Shown: piece by piece, positions 39,454-49,034 of the stretch
Position numbering within the stretch: the stretch's first letter is position 1
Layout of the letters: each line of letters opens with the position of its first letter
Assembly (NCBI GenBank): GCA_003009755.1
Contig: PXUB01000002.1
Coordinates: forward strand, 10,943-63,482
Direction of reading: 5' to 3'
Source: Thermoplasmatales archaeon SW_10_69_26
GTDB lineage: Archaea > Thermoplasmatota > SW-10-69-26
DNA: 52,540 nucleotides
Notes under the pieces: model-generated
Database searches by the model: none
Told to the model about the DNA's origin: nothing
What the model saw: only the letters and a program-made list of their open reading frames with translations
Translations under genes and position numbers: made by a program

Positions 39454-40799
39454 CTCGGGAGGGTCTTGCGCTGCCCGTTGCGCATGATGTGGACCTCTTC
39501 GCCGAGGCGCCATCCGTGGTGCTCGGCGAGGTCGGCGAGCTGGCTCTGGTGCTCGATGTCCCCGTGGGCGGGGAAGATGTGGTCGGGTTCGAGCATGCTG
39601 AACAGCTCGCGGTGGTCCTCGCGGCTGGCGTGCCCGCTGACGTGGGCGCCCTTGATGATGCGGGCGCCCTTCATCTTGAGGCGCTCCTCGAGCCGGTAGC
39701 GCTGGGCTTCGTTGCTCGGGTTCGGGATCGTGCGCGCGGAGAAGATGACCTGGTCGTCCTGCTCGAACGTCCAGGGCGTCTCGTCCTTGGCCATGCGGGT
39801 GAGCAGAGCGTTCTCCTCGCCCTGGTGGCCGGTCACGCACAGGAGGTAGTCCTCCTTGCCCTCGTTCATGACGCGCTTGAGCTGCTTGTTGATCTCGCGC
39901 CCGTACTTCCAGACCTCGACGTTGTCGGGCAGGTTGAGCAGGCCGACCTCTTCGGCCGTCGTCGTGTAGTTGTGCAGCGAGCGCCCCATGAGCATGACCT
40001 TGCGATCCAGCTCGTCGGCGAACTCGATGATCGACTTGAGCCGCTGGGTGTGCGAGGAGAAGGTCGTGATGACCAGGCCCGAGCGCTCGTCTCGCAGGCC
40101 CAGCATGTGGTCCTTGAGGAGGTCGCGAGCGATCGTCTCGCTCGGGGTCTTGGTTTCCTCGTGGGCGTTCGTGGACTCGCAGACGAGGGCGCGGACGCCC
40201 TCCATGCCCAGCTCCTCCAGTCGCTCGTAGTCCGGCTTGGACCCGATGACGGGGAAGTTGTCCATCTTGAAGTCGCACGCGTACACGACCGCGCCCTCCG
40301 GGGTGTGGATCACCGGCATCGCGGTCTGCACGATGCTGTGCGTCATGTGCACGAACTCGAGCTCGAGGGGGCCCTTGAGCTGGCGGCGACCCCCCGTGTT
40401 CATCGCCACCATCTCGTTCGGGAGGTCGATGTCGGGCCCGAAGTCGTCGTTCAAGCTGTTCTCGACGAGCTTCATCGTGAACGGGGTCCCGATGATCGGG
40501 CACCCGTACTTCGCCGCGAGCTTCTCGACGGCACCGATGTGGTCGAGGTGACCGTGCGAGAGCACGATCGCGACCACTTCGGCGTCGACGTCCCCCATGA
40601 CACTGTCGTCGGGGATCGCGCCCATGTCTTGCAAATCGTTGGGCGACAGGCTCTCGAACACGGCGTCCTCGTGGATGAGGATCCGGTCGAGGTTGATGCC
40701 CATGTCGATGATGACTGCTTTGTCACCGTACCGGACGACAGTCATGTTGCGTCCGAACTCGTTGTAACCGCCAACAGGGATAACTTCGATATCGGCCAT
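39450..40799 (-). CDS. rnj: Archaeal RNase J (beta-CASP)
   Basis: GGYNEFGRNM, SHGHLDH, THSI, CESTN, TFSSH, HVSGH, PAHG. Confidence 0.94.
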   Translation of the reverse strand: MADIEVIPVGGYNEFGRNMTVVRYGDKAVIIDMGINLDRILIHEDAVFESLSPNDLQDMGAIPDDSVMGDVDAEVVAIVLSHGHLDHIGAVEKLAAKYGCPIIGTPFTMKLVENSLNDDFGPDIDLPNEMVAMNTGGRRQLKGPLELEFVHMTHSIVQTAMPVIHTPEGAVVYACDFKMDNFPVIGSKPDYERLEELGMEGVRALVCESTNAHEETKTPSETIARDLLKDHMLGLRDERSGLVITTFSSHTQRLKSIIEFADELDRKVMLMGRSLHNYTTTAEEVGLLNLPDNVEVWKYGREINKQLKRVMNEGKEDYLLCVTGHQGEENALLTRMAKDETPWTFEQDDQVIFSARTIPNPSNEAQRYRLEERLKMKGARIIKGAHVSGHASREDHRELFSMLEPDHIFPAHGDIEHQSQLADLAEHHGWRLGEEVHIMRNGQRKTLPR

Positions 40800-40950
40800 C
40801 GTCTCACATCCATCCGCGTCCAGCCCGTGAGGACCAGACCCAGGGGACGCGACGGCGTTAGCCCGCCAACTATTTGAATCGTGCGGTGCGGTCGGCGATC
40901 ACCCCTCTCACACGGGGCCTTTTTCAAGACGATGCGTCCTTCGGGAGGTG

Positions 40951-41682
40951 ATGGCGAGCCCTGCCCCGCTGGAGGACCGCGAAGAAGGCGACGAGGCCGA
41001 GGACGCGCCGAGCCTCGGGGAGGACCTGGAAGCCGCGCTCGACCGACTCAGGACCGAGCTGCCCGAGGACGGGGGCAGGTTCGAGCAGCCGCTGGCCGAG
41101 CTCGAGGAGCTCGTCGACGAGGCCCACGACCAGGAGGAACGCTCCCGGGAAGCTCGCGAGCGGGCGCGGGAGGCCGAGCAGGCCCTCGCCGAGGAGCAAC
41201 GCCGGCTCGAGAAGCTCTGGGACGCGTTCAAGGGCCAGGAAACCGAACTCGAGGAGCTCGAAGAGGCCAAACGACAGGCCCGGCGGGAGCTGCACGCCGA
41301 ACGCGAGCGCATCGAGGACCTCGAGGAGGAGACCGAGGCGCTCGAGGAGGCCCGCGAGGCCGATCGCCAGGAGAAGGCCGAGCTCCGCAGCGAGCTCGAG
41401 CAGCGCGAGGAACGCATCGAGGAGCTAGAGCCCTTCGTCGAGTACGAGGCCGAGGTCGAACAGCTGGAGACCGAGCTCGAGGAGGAGCGGGCCCGGCTGG
41501 CGAAGCTGTACGCGGTGTTCGAGGAGACCGAGGCCGAGCGGGACGAGCTGGCCGAGTGCGTGCAGGCCTGGGAGGCCTGGGTCGACGACCACGGGGAGGC
41601 GCTGCAGGTGCTCGCCGAGGCCGCCGGCCAGGTCCCCGACCCGATCGCCCAGGCGCCCGGCGAGGACGGGGATCCAGCCTGA
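40951..41682 (+). CDS. Acidic coiled-coil protein
   Basis: Long heptad E/R-rich run with two similar motifs (RLEKLWDAF, RLAKLYAVF). Confidence 0.75.
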   Translation: MASPAPLEDREEGDEAEDAPSLGEDLEAALDRLRTELPEDGGRFEQPLAELEELVDEAHDQEERSREARERAREAEQALAEEQRRLEKLWDAFKGQETELEELEEAKRQARRELHAERERIEDLEEETEALEEAREADRQEKAELRSELEQREERIEELEPFVEYEAEVEQLETELEEERARLAKLYAVFEETEAERDELAECVQAWEAWVDDHGEALQVLAEAAGQVPDPIAQAPGEDGDPA

Positions 41683-41819
41683 GCCCGCCACGGGGACTCG
41701 GTCGCGGAGGATCGCTTCGCTGTCACCGGCTCGCAGCCGATCGTGAGCCTCGTCCCAGCCTTCTTGACGTGAGCGACTCATGCGACGGCGAGGCTGGGAC
41801 CTTGGGACAAGCAACGAGC

Positions 41820-43007
41820 GTGCGCATCGGGCAGGTCGCGGACCGGCGGTCGACCGTTGTGTGGGCTGGAGCCCTCGCGTTGGCTTTAGCCCTCCTCTGC
41901 GTGGCGACCCCGGCGGCCGCCGAGGAGACCGTCTTCGAGGACGACTTCGACGACGGCGTGATGGATCCGACGAAGTGGACCTCCTACCAGGGCGCCAGCG
42001 AGGACGAGAGCTGCGGCGCCGTCTCGGAGCCCCTCTCCCTGTACTTCACCACCGACGGGGAGCGGTCCGCCACGACGCGGAACCTCGACCTCGATGGTGG
42101 AGCCGAGATCGGGTTCCACCTCCGGATGCCCGAGCACACCGTCGGCAACAGTCGCTGCGACGAGCTCGAGGACGCCAACGATGTCGTCCTGCAGTACTCC
42201 ACCGACGATGGCGGAACGTGGCACGAGCTGGGCCGTTGGAACGACCGGAACGCGGGCTGGATCGAGGTTAACGTGACGCTGCCGGCCAGCGAGGGTGAGG
42301 GATCGACGCAGCTGCGCTGGATCCAGCCCGTCCACGGAGGGATCCACGGACCGAACGTCGACAACTGGGCGATCGACGACGTGCGCGTGGTGTCGAGCGG
42401 CCCGGCGCGGGACCTGCACGCTGAGGGAACCGCGGCCAGCCGTTCTTCGCCTGCGATCGAGACGCCTTCGACCTGCGAACTCGAGCCGTGTCGGAACCAG
42501 ACGGTGCTCGCCGACGGGCTCGAGGCCTCCACGCCCGGCGTCGATCTGAGCGAGGACCGCCAGATCCCCGGGGCGTGCACGGCCGTCGTCTGCATCGGGC
42601 CCGTGACCGTGGGGCCCGGTGGACCCGAGATCGAGTCCCAGACCGTGACCACGGACCCCCTAGCGGTGGATCCGGTGTGCCAGACGGCCGGGTCAGCCTG
42701 CCTGGGACCGGTCACCGTGGTCGAGGAAGACCTCGTCGAGACCCCTCGCGTGGCGTTGTCGCTCACGGTCACGAATCTGACGCTCAGCAGCAACGTCGGC
42801 GAGACGGGTTCGGTCGGCGAGCGGACGGTGACGATCCCGGGGACCCCGGCCACCGAACCGTTCAACGTGACCGTCTGCCCCGAGACCTCGGACGTCTGCC
42901 AGCGACCGCTGGCTCCCGCGGCCGACGTCGGCTCCAAGGTCGTCGTCACGCTCGAGGTCGGCGACGAGCGGTTCACGGTCTCGCAGACGATCCAGGAAGA
43001 CGTCTGA
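41820..43007 (+). CDS. Secreted protein with a reelin-subrepeat-like (Asp-box) domain and Cys-rich C-terminal region
   Basis: Signal peptide ending AAA; FEDDFD..CG..SLYF...R.ATT..LDL..C..VVLQYSTDDGGTW..LP..TQLRWIQP..DNWAIDDV; start uncertain. Confidence 0.75.
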   Translation: MRIGQVADRRSTVVWAGALALALALLCVATPAAAEETVFEDDFDDGVMDPTKWTSYQGASEDESCGAVSEPLSLYFTTDGERSATTRNLDLDGGAEIGFHLRMPEHTVGNSRCDELEDANDVVLQYSTDDGGTWHELGRWNDRNAGWIEVNVTLPASEGEGSTQLRWIQPVHGGIHGPNVDNWAIDDVRVVSSGPARDLHAEGTAASRSSPAIETPSTCELEPCRNQTVLADGLEASTPGVDLSEDRQIPGACTAVVCIGPVTVGPGGPEIESQTVTTDPLAVDPVCQTAGSACLGPVTVVEEDLVETPRVALSLTVTNLTLSSNVGETGSVGERTVTIPGTPATEPFNVTVCPETSDVCQRPLAPAADVGSKVVVTLEVGDERFTVSQTIQEDV

Positions 43008-43040
43008 CGGCGTCGGCCTCGGCGAGGCCCTCCGCGGGCG

Positions 43041-44321
43041 TCAGTTCTGCGTGGGCGAGGCGATCGCGAACCGGCGGGCGCTCTCCCGCAGCGCTTCGAG
43101 CGCGGGGAGCGAGCCGCCGGTCAGGTACGTCATCAGCGCGCCGCCGGCCAGGGAGACGTGCCCGAAGGCGTCGGGCTCGCGGCCGAAGCGGTCGAGCGCG
43201 GTCACGGTGTGGCCGCCGCCGACGACCGTGAACCCCTCTGCGTCCGCGGTCGCGTCGAGCAAGCGGCGCGTGCCGAGGCCGAAGTTGTCCGTCTCGTAGA
43301 CGCCCATCGGTCCGTTGAGGACGACGGTGTCGGCCTCCCGGATCCGATCGGTGTACAGGTCGGCTGTCTCGGGGCCGATGTCGGCGATCTCGTGCTCGGC
43401 CGGCAGCTCGTCGACGGCGAGCTCGAAGCGTTCGCCGTCTCGGTCCTCGGCGACGTCGACCGGGGCTTGGATCCGGTCGGGGAACCGGTCGACGAGGGCC
43501 GCGGTGCGCTCGCGTTGCTCGTCGGCGCCGAGCTCGGCCAGGACGCCATCGGTGGCTTTGCCGAGGTCGTGGCCTTGGGCCGCGAGCACGAGCTCGCCGA
43601 GCACGCCGCCGGTCAACACCTCGTCGGCCAGGTCGGCCTCGAGGTGGTGTTCGAGCACGTCGAGCGCGTCGGCCGGTTTGGCGCCACCGAGCACGAGCAC
43701 GCGGTGGTCGTCGGGATCGGCCGACCCGGTGGCTCGGCGCAGGGCGTCGACCTCGCGCTCCATGATCGGGCCCGCACAGGAGGGCAACACGAGCGGGAAG
43801 CCGACGATGCTGGCGTGGCTGCGGTGGGCCGCGCTGAACGCATCGAGCACGAACGCGTCGGCCTCGCCGGCCAGCCGGTCGACCCAGTCGCGCTCGGCGT
43901 GGACGGCGGGCCCTTCGTTCTCCAGCTCGCCCTCGGCTTGGCGCACGTTCTCGAGCAAGATCGCCTCACCGGGATCGACGTCGATGGCTTGCTCGAGCGC
44001 TTCCTCGTCGGCGACGTGGGGGACGTAGCGGATCTCGCGCCCGATCTCCTCCGACATGATGCGGGCGTGCTCCTCGAGCGAGGTGAAATCGTCCCGTCCC
44101 GGTCGGCCCTGGTGGGCGAGGACGACGACGGAGGCGTTGCGGTCCATGATCGCCTCGATCGAGTGCGCCGCCTCGCGCAGCCGGGCGCTGCCGGCCACGT
44201 GGCCGTCCTCGATCGGGGAGTTGATGTCGACGCGGACCAGCGCCACCCGTTCGTCCCACGCGAGATCGTCGAGTCCGGGGACCGGGCGACCCCCGGGCCG
44301 GCCGTCCGACGGATCGTCCAT
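43041..44321 (-). CDS. pgk: Phosphoglycerate kinase
   Basis: RVDINSP, AHQGRPG, LLENVR, DAFSAAHRSH, GGAK, NGPMG, GGGH, SLAGGA. Confidence 0.96.
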   Translation of the reverse strand: MDDPSDGRPGGRPVPGLDDLAWDERVALVRVDINSPIEDGHVAGSARLREAAHSIEAIMDRNASVVVLAHQGRPGRDDFTSLEEHARIMSEEIGREIRYVPHVADEEALEQAIDVDPGEAILLENVRQAEGELENEGPAVHAERDWVDRLAGEADAFVLDAFSAAHRSHASIVGFPLVLPSCAGPIMEREVDALRRATGSADPDDHRVLVLGGAKPADALDVLEHHLEADLADEVLTGGVLGELVLAAQGHDLGKATDGVLAELGADEQRERTAALVDRFPDRIQAPVDVAEDRDGERFELAVDELPAEHEIADIGPETADLYTDRIREADTVVLNGPMGVYETDNFGLGTRRLLDATADAEGFTVVGGGHTVTALDRFGREPDAFGHVSLAGGALMTYLTGGSLPALEALRESARRFAIASPTQN

Positions 44322-44618
44322 GGTGCCACCAAGAGCGTGCCAGCGATAAAGGTGGGGGTAGCGAGCGTTGCCGACGGCGAAGCCCTCGCTCGGGCGCACA
44401 GCGATGAGCTTGGACGAGGGGGCATCCCCCGCCGCTTGCGGCCGCCGTTCAGAGAGCGGGGACGAGCCGGAGGCCGCGACGCCCGCGGCGGGGCTGGCGG
44501 GGCTGCTGGCGGCGCTGGTGGTCGCCCAGGGCGTGCGTTCACGCCGATGCTGAGCGCTCTCGCGCCGATCGGGGGCCGGCTCCAATGGTTTAAGGTTCCG
44601 AGCGGGATGCTGGACGCG

Positions 44619-46688
44619 ATGGAGCGCATCCTGATCGGTGTCGCCTGGCCCTACGCGAACGGTGACCTGCACCTGGGCCACGTGGCCGGCTCGCTGCTGG
44701 GGCCCGACATCCTCGCCCGCTTCCACCGGATGCAGGGCAACGACGTGCTGATGGTGTCCGGCAGCGACGAGCACGGCACACCGATCACGGTGACCGCCGA
44801 AGAGGAAGGCATCGATCCCCAGGATGTCGTCGACCGCTACCACGAACAGCACGTGGAGACGCTCGACGAGCTGGGCATCAACTTCGACATGTTCACGCGC
44901 ACCTCGACGGATCACCACCGCGAGCGCGTGCACGAGATCTTCCGCGGCCTCGACGAGCAGGGCTTCATCGAGACGCGGGGGATGAGGGCCCCCTACGACC
45001 CCAAGGCCAAGCGCTTCCTGCCCGACCGCTTCGTGGAGGGCGTTTGCCCCCACTGCGAGTCCGGGGACGCCCGCGGGGACCAGTGCGATGCCTGCGGCAA
45101 GATGCTGGACGCCGACGAGCTGGAGGACCCCCGCTCGACCGTCAACCCCGAGGTCGACATCGAGTTCCGCGACACGACCCACTGGTTCTTCAAGCTCAGC
45201 GACTTCCAGGACCGCCTCGAGGACTACGTCGAGGACAAGGACCACTGGCGGGCCAACGTCCGCAAGTTCACCGAGAACTGGCTGACCGAGGGGCTGCAGG
45301 ACCGCGCCGTCACGCGCGACCTGACGTGGGGCATCCCGGTGCCCGACGACGACCCGATGTGGGACGACAAGCGGATCTACGTCTGGTTCGAGGCGGTGTG
45401 CGGGTACCTCACCGCCAGCATGTACTGGGCCAAGCAGGAGGCCGACGATCCCGAGGCTTGGCGCCGGTTCTGGGAGGAAGGCTACGACGACGTCGACACG
45501 CGCTCGTACTACTTCCTCGCCAAGGACAACATCCCCTTCCACACGATCATCTGGCCCTCGATCCTGATGGGCTACTCCGACGCCCGCGAGGCCGAGGGCA
45601 AGCCCCGGCTCAACCTCCCCTACGACGTGCCGGGCAACGAGTACCTGAACCTCTCCGGCGAGCAGTTCAGCAAGTCCCGTGGCGTGGGCATCTGGGCCCA
45701 GGACGTGCTCGACGAGTTCGAGACCGACGCCATCCGCTACTACCTGGCGATCAACATGCCGGAGACCCGGGACTCGGACTGGACCTGGGAGGACTTCCTC
45801 GCCAAGGTCAACAACGAGCTCGTCGCCGCGTACGGCAACTTCGTGCACCGCACGCTCAGCCTGGTGCACGAGCACTTCGGCCAGATCCCCGACCCCGGCG
45901 ACCCGCGACCGGCCGACCGGCAGATCGTCGACGAGCTCGAGGCCACGCACGAGGATGTGACCAAGATCCTCGAGCAAGCCCGGTTCAAAAAGCCCCTGCG
46001 GGAGATCATGCAGCTGGCGCGGGCCGGCAACCGCTACATCGACGCTCAGGAGCCCTGGACTCTGGCCGACGACGATCGCGACCGGGCCGGCCAGGTGCTG
46101 CACCACTGCGCCCGGCTGTGCCGGGGATTGGCGATCTTGACCGCACCCTACCTGCCCCACTCCGCCCAGCGGCTGTGGGAGGCGTTGGGCCAGCAGGGAA
46201 GCGTGCACGAGGCCGACTGGGACGATGCCCCGGCCGAGCTCGAGCCCGGGTCCACGATCCCCGAGCCCGAGCCGCTGTTCGACAAGCTCGACGAGGACGA
46301 GGTCATGGACCTCGTCGCGACCGACGAGGACGAGACGGAGACCGAGGAGGACGACGAGATGACCACGATCAGCTTCGAGGACTTCCAGGACGTCGACATG
46401 CGCATCGGTGAGGTGACCAGCGTCGAGGACCACCCCGACGCCGACCGGCTGTACGTCGTCCAGGTCGACCTGGGCACCGAGAGCCGCCAGCTCGTCGCCG
46501 GGCTCAAGGATCTCGTCGAGCCGAGCACGCTCGAGGGCCTGAGCGTCGTCGTCGTGGCGAACCTCGAGCCCGCCACGATCCGAGGCGTCGAGAGCCAGGG
46601 CATGCTGTTGGCCGCCGAGGCCGACGAGGACACCGTCTCGCCGTTGACGATCGTCGACGAACTCGACGCCGGCGCCAAGGTTCGCTAA
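44619..46688 (+). CDS. metG: Methionyl-tRNA synthetase with C-terminal tRNA-binding domain
   Basis: PYANGDLHLGH, DEHGT, Zn knuckle CPHC..CDAC, YVWFEA, QFSKS, ESQGMLLAA; TTTAAG about 28 bp upstream. Confidence 0.97.
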   Translation: MERILIGVAWPYANGDLHLGHVAGSLLGPDILARFHRMQGNDVLMVSGSDEHGTPITVTAEEEGIDPQDVVDRYHEQHVETLDELGINFDMFTRTSTDHHRERVHEIFRGLDEQGFIETRGMRAPYDPKAKRFLPDRFVEGVCPHCESGDARGDQCDACGKMLDADELEDPRSTVNPEVDIEFRDTTHWFFKLSDFQDRLEDYVEDKDHWRANVRKFTENWLTEGLQDRAVTRDLTWGIPVPDDDPMWDDKRIYVWFEAVCGYLTASMYWAKQEADDPEAWRRFWEEGYDDVDTRSYYFLAKDNIPFHTIIWPSILMGYSDAREAEGKPRLNLPYDVPGNEYLNLSGEQFSKSRGVGIWAQDVLDEFETDAIRYYLAINMPETRDSDWTWEDFLAKVNNELVAAYGNFVHRTLSLVHEHFGQIPDPGDPRPADRQIVDELEATHEDVTKILEQARFKKPLREIMQLARAGNRYIDAQEPWTLADDDRDRAGQVLHHCARLCRGLAILTAPYLPHSAQRLWEALGQQGSVHEADWDDAPAELEPGSTIPEPEPLFDKLDEDEVMDLVATDEDETETEEDDEMTTISFEDFQDVDMRIGEVTSVEDHPDADRLYVVQVDLGTESRQLVAGLKDLVEPSTLEGLSVVVVANLEPATIRGVESQGMLLAAEADEDTVSPLTIVDELDAGAKVR

Positions 46689-46703
46689 GGAGGTCCCGCG
46701 GTT

Positions 46704-47354
46704 GTGAGCGACCGCTGGTACGTCGAACACGACGGTCGCGTGCTCGTGACCCACGACGGGGATACGATCACGCTGCCGGCCGAGGACGAGGTCACCGTCC
46801 CCGTCCAGCGGTACAACGAGCGCACGCTGCGAGGGACGGCGGTCGTGTTCGGGCAAGCCGAGCTCGACGAGCACCCGCACGAGTGGCCGCGCAAGGACGA
46901 TCTCGTGCACGATCCCGACAGCTCGCGCCTGCTCCGCCACGCCATCTCGGCCAGCCTGTTCCGACCGGTGTGCGGGGTCGTCGTCCGCAACGGCGACGAG
47001 ATCTTGCTCGTGAAGCCCAAGCGCGGCGTCGCCAGCGGTGTCTGGACGCTGCCCGGCGGGTTCCTGCACGCCTTCGAGCAACCGGCCGAGGGCGCCCGAC
47101 GCGAGGTCCGGGAGGAGACCGGGCTCGAGATCACCGACGTCAGCCTCGAGGCCACCGTCTCCTACACGCACGACACCCAACCCTACCCGATCCTCGGCCT
47201 CGGGTTCACCGCCCACCCCGCCAGCGAGGACATCCAGCTGCAGGCCGGCGAGATCGACGACGCCAAGTGGGAGCCCGCCGAGGCCGCGGTCGAGCACAGC
47301 TACGGGCTCGCGCGCAAGGTGCTGCGGGACCTGCTGGAGGGGTCGAGCCCGTGA
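46704..47354 (+). CDS. NUDIX hydrolase
   Basis: Nudix box GG....EQPAEGARREVREETGL; SD AAGGAGGT. Confidence 0.88.
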   Translation: MSDRWYVEHDGRVLVTHDGDTITLPAEDEVTVPVQRYNERTLRGTAVVFGQAELDEHPHEWPRKDDLVHDPDSSRLLRHAISASLFRPVCGVVVRNGDEILLVKPKRGVASGVWTLPGGFLHAFEQPAEGARREVREETGLEITDVSLEATVSYTHDTQPYPILGLGFTAHPASEDIQLQAGEIDDAKWEPAEAAVEHSYGLARKVLRDLLEGSSP

Positions 47355-48361
47355 GCTGGACCGAGGATCGCGTGCTCGCCAATGCTCTGCAGTGGGATGG
47401 CCGCCAGGCGGGCCGTTTCGAAGTGTACACGCTCAACATCGTCGATCCCTCGAACCGCGCCGGCTGGTGGCTGCGGTACGGGATCGACGCCCCGCTGGAG
47501 GAGGACGAACACGCCAGCCTGCTCGGCGCGCACTTCCGCGAGGACCAGCCCCCCGACCGGTTCGCGTTGAAGACCGAGTTCCCCGCGCGGGCTTTCGGCA
47601 CGCAAAGCGACGGGTTCCACATCCGCGTGAGCGAGGCCGAGCTCGGCAGCCGTGCCGCCAAGGGCGGGCTCCGCAGCCCGGACGACGACCGGTCGCTGCG
47701 GTGGAACCTCCAGTCGGTCCACCACGCCGATCCCGCCCCGCTGTACGGGAAACGCAAGCACTACGAGGATCGCCACCCCGAGCACAAGGTGCTGATGCCC
47801 GGCCCGATGGCGACGGCCGGCGGCGTCGTCGAGGCCGGCGACGAGCGGTTCTCGCTCGAGAACGCGCGCTCGCACCAGCTGCACTCCTGGGGCGCCTCGC
47901 GGTTCGACCGCTGGACCTTCGGCCACGCCACCTTCTTCCGCGAGCGACCCGAAGCCTTCGTCGCCGTGTTCCTCGGCGAGGACGAGGACGGCGGCCAGGT
48001 CGGCGGCGGCTACTACCACGACACCGACGGCCTGACCCTATCCTTCGACGAGGTGGAGACCGTGACCGAGGACGGGCCCGGTCGCGAGCCGGGCGTGTGG
48101 ACCTTCGAAGCCAAGACCCGCGGCTGGCGGCTCTCGGGACGGTTCTCCGCCAGCCTGCAGCGCATGCTGGGCGCCCGCCACCGCGACCCCGACGGATCGC
48201 AACGCTACTGCCACCACGCCGGCGTCGCCGACGCGACGCTGGAGCTTTGGAAGTCCAGTTGGGGCCGCCGCAAGCTGCACCAGACGCTCACCTCGCGCGG
48301 CGCTTGTCACTTCCAGCAAGGTGACCGGCGACCCTACAACGACGTCGAGTTCTTCGTGTAG
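47351..48361 (+). CDS. Tocopherol cyclase/AttH-like beta-barrel protein
   Basis: FEVY...WWLRY, HQLHSWG...RW; Trp-rich and all-beta; GTGA overlap. Confidence 0.55.
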   Translation: MSWTEDRVLANALQWDGRQAGRFEVYTLNIVDPSNRAGWWLRYGIDAPLEEDEHASLLGAHFREDQPPDRFALKTEFPARAFGTQSDGFHIRVSEAELGSRAAKGGLRSPDDDRSLRWNLQSVHHADPAPLYGKRKHYEDRHPEHKVLMPGPMATAGGVVEAGDERFSLENARSHQLHSWGASRFDRWTFGHATFFRERPEAFVAVFLGEDEDGGQVGGGYYHDTDGLTLSFDEVETVTEDGPGREPGVWTFEAKTRGWRLSGRFSASLQRMLGARHRDPDGSQRYCHHAGVADATLELWKSSWGRRKLHQTLTSRGACHFQQGDRRPYNDVEFFV

Positions 48362-48532
48362 AGCATTTTTCTTTCGACGGGGCCTCGACGCCTGCCGAGG
48401 GGGGACAAAGAAAAATCCTCGGCAACAATCTGGCCGAAGCGGCGCTTCGGCCGCTCCGGAGACCGTGACATCCACGCCGGTCGCCGGAAGAAACCCCCTC
48501 GGCAGCGATGCAGGCCCCAACGTCGCTGATCT
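48359..48532 (+). repeat. Structured dispersed repeat, copy B
   Basis: Homologous to the reverse complement of 33105-33337; 12-bp stem 48392-48403/48494-48505. Confidence 0.75.
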
Positions 48533-49034
48533 TGGACGCGGTTGGATCTTCGCGCAGGGCTATCTCCGCCTGACGGGTAACGACGCGATCGCCGTGTCGG
48601 CCCCACGCCCCAAGATGTGGATGGCGGCCAGAGCTCGGAGCAGCCCCCGGTGCCGACGCGAACGCGCCTCGACGAGGGGGATCTCGAGATAGAGGCTACC
48701 GGTCAGCAGTGGTGCTGAACGCGGCCTTTCAATCGGGCTTCGTGCGGCCAACGGGCCGTGACCCGTCCATCTACCCCACCAAGCCAACCGGGAGAGACGG
48801 GTTGACCGAGAACGAAGAGGGCGCTCGGTGCCGCCGATCACCAGCTCGACCGTCCGGTCACGGACGACAAGGGCCCTTTCCCTTTAGCTCAGGCGTTGGC
48901 TGGCTTCATCTCGCGTCAGTTCGACCAGAGGGAGATGGCAGCCTCTATTGAGAGTCAACGATCAGCACCCAGAACAGAATGTCCCTGCGGGAATCACGGG
49001 CTTGATGGGGGGTTGGCGCTGGTCGTTTCTCCGT

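Noticed and set aside
43041-47297. Apparent 1418-aa PGK fusion and 1176-aa MetRS fusion (also 13283-15772, 38473-40503, 40881-43007)
   Set aside because: Spurious N-terminal extensions through neighbouring genes; real starts at 44321, 44619, 14813, 39453 and about 41820.
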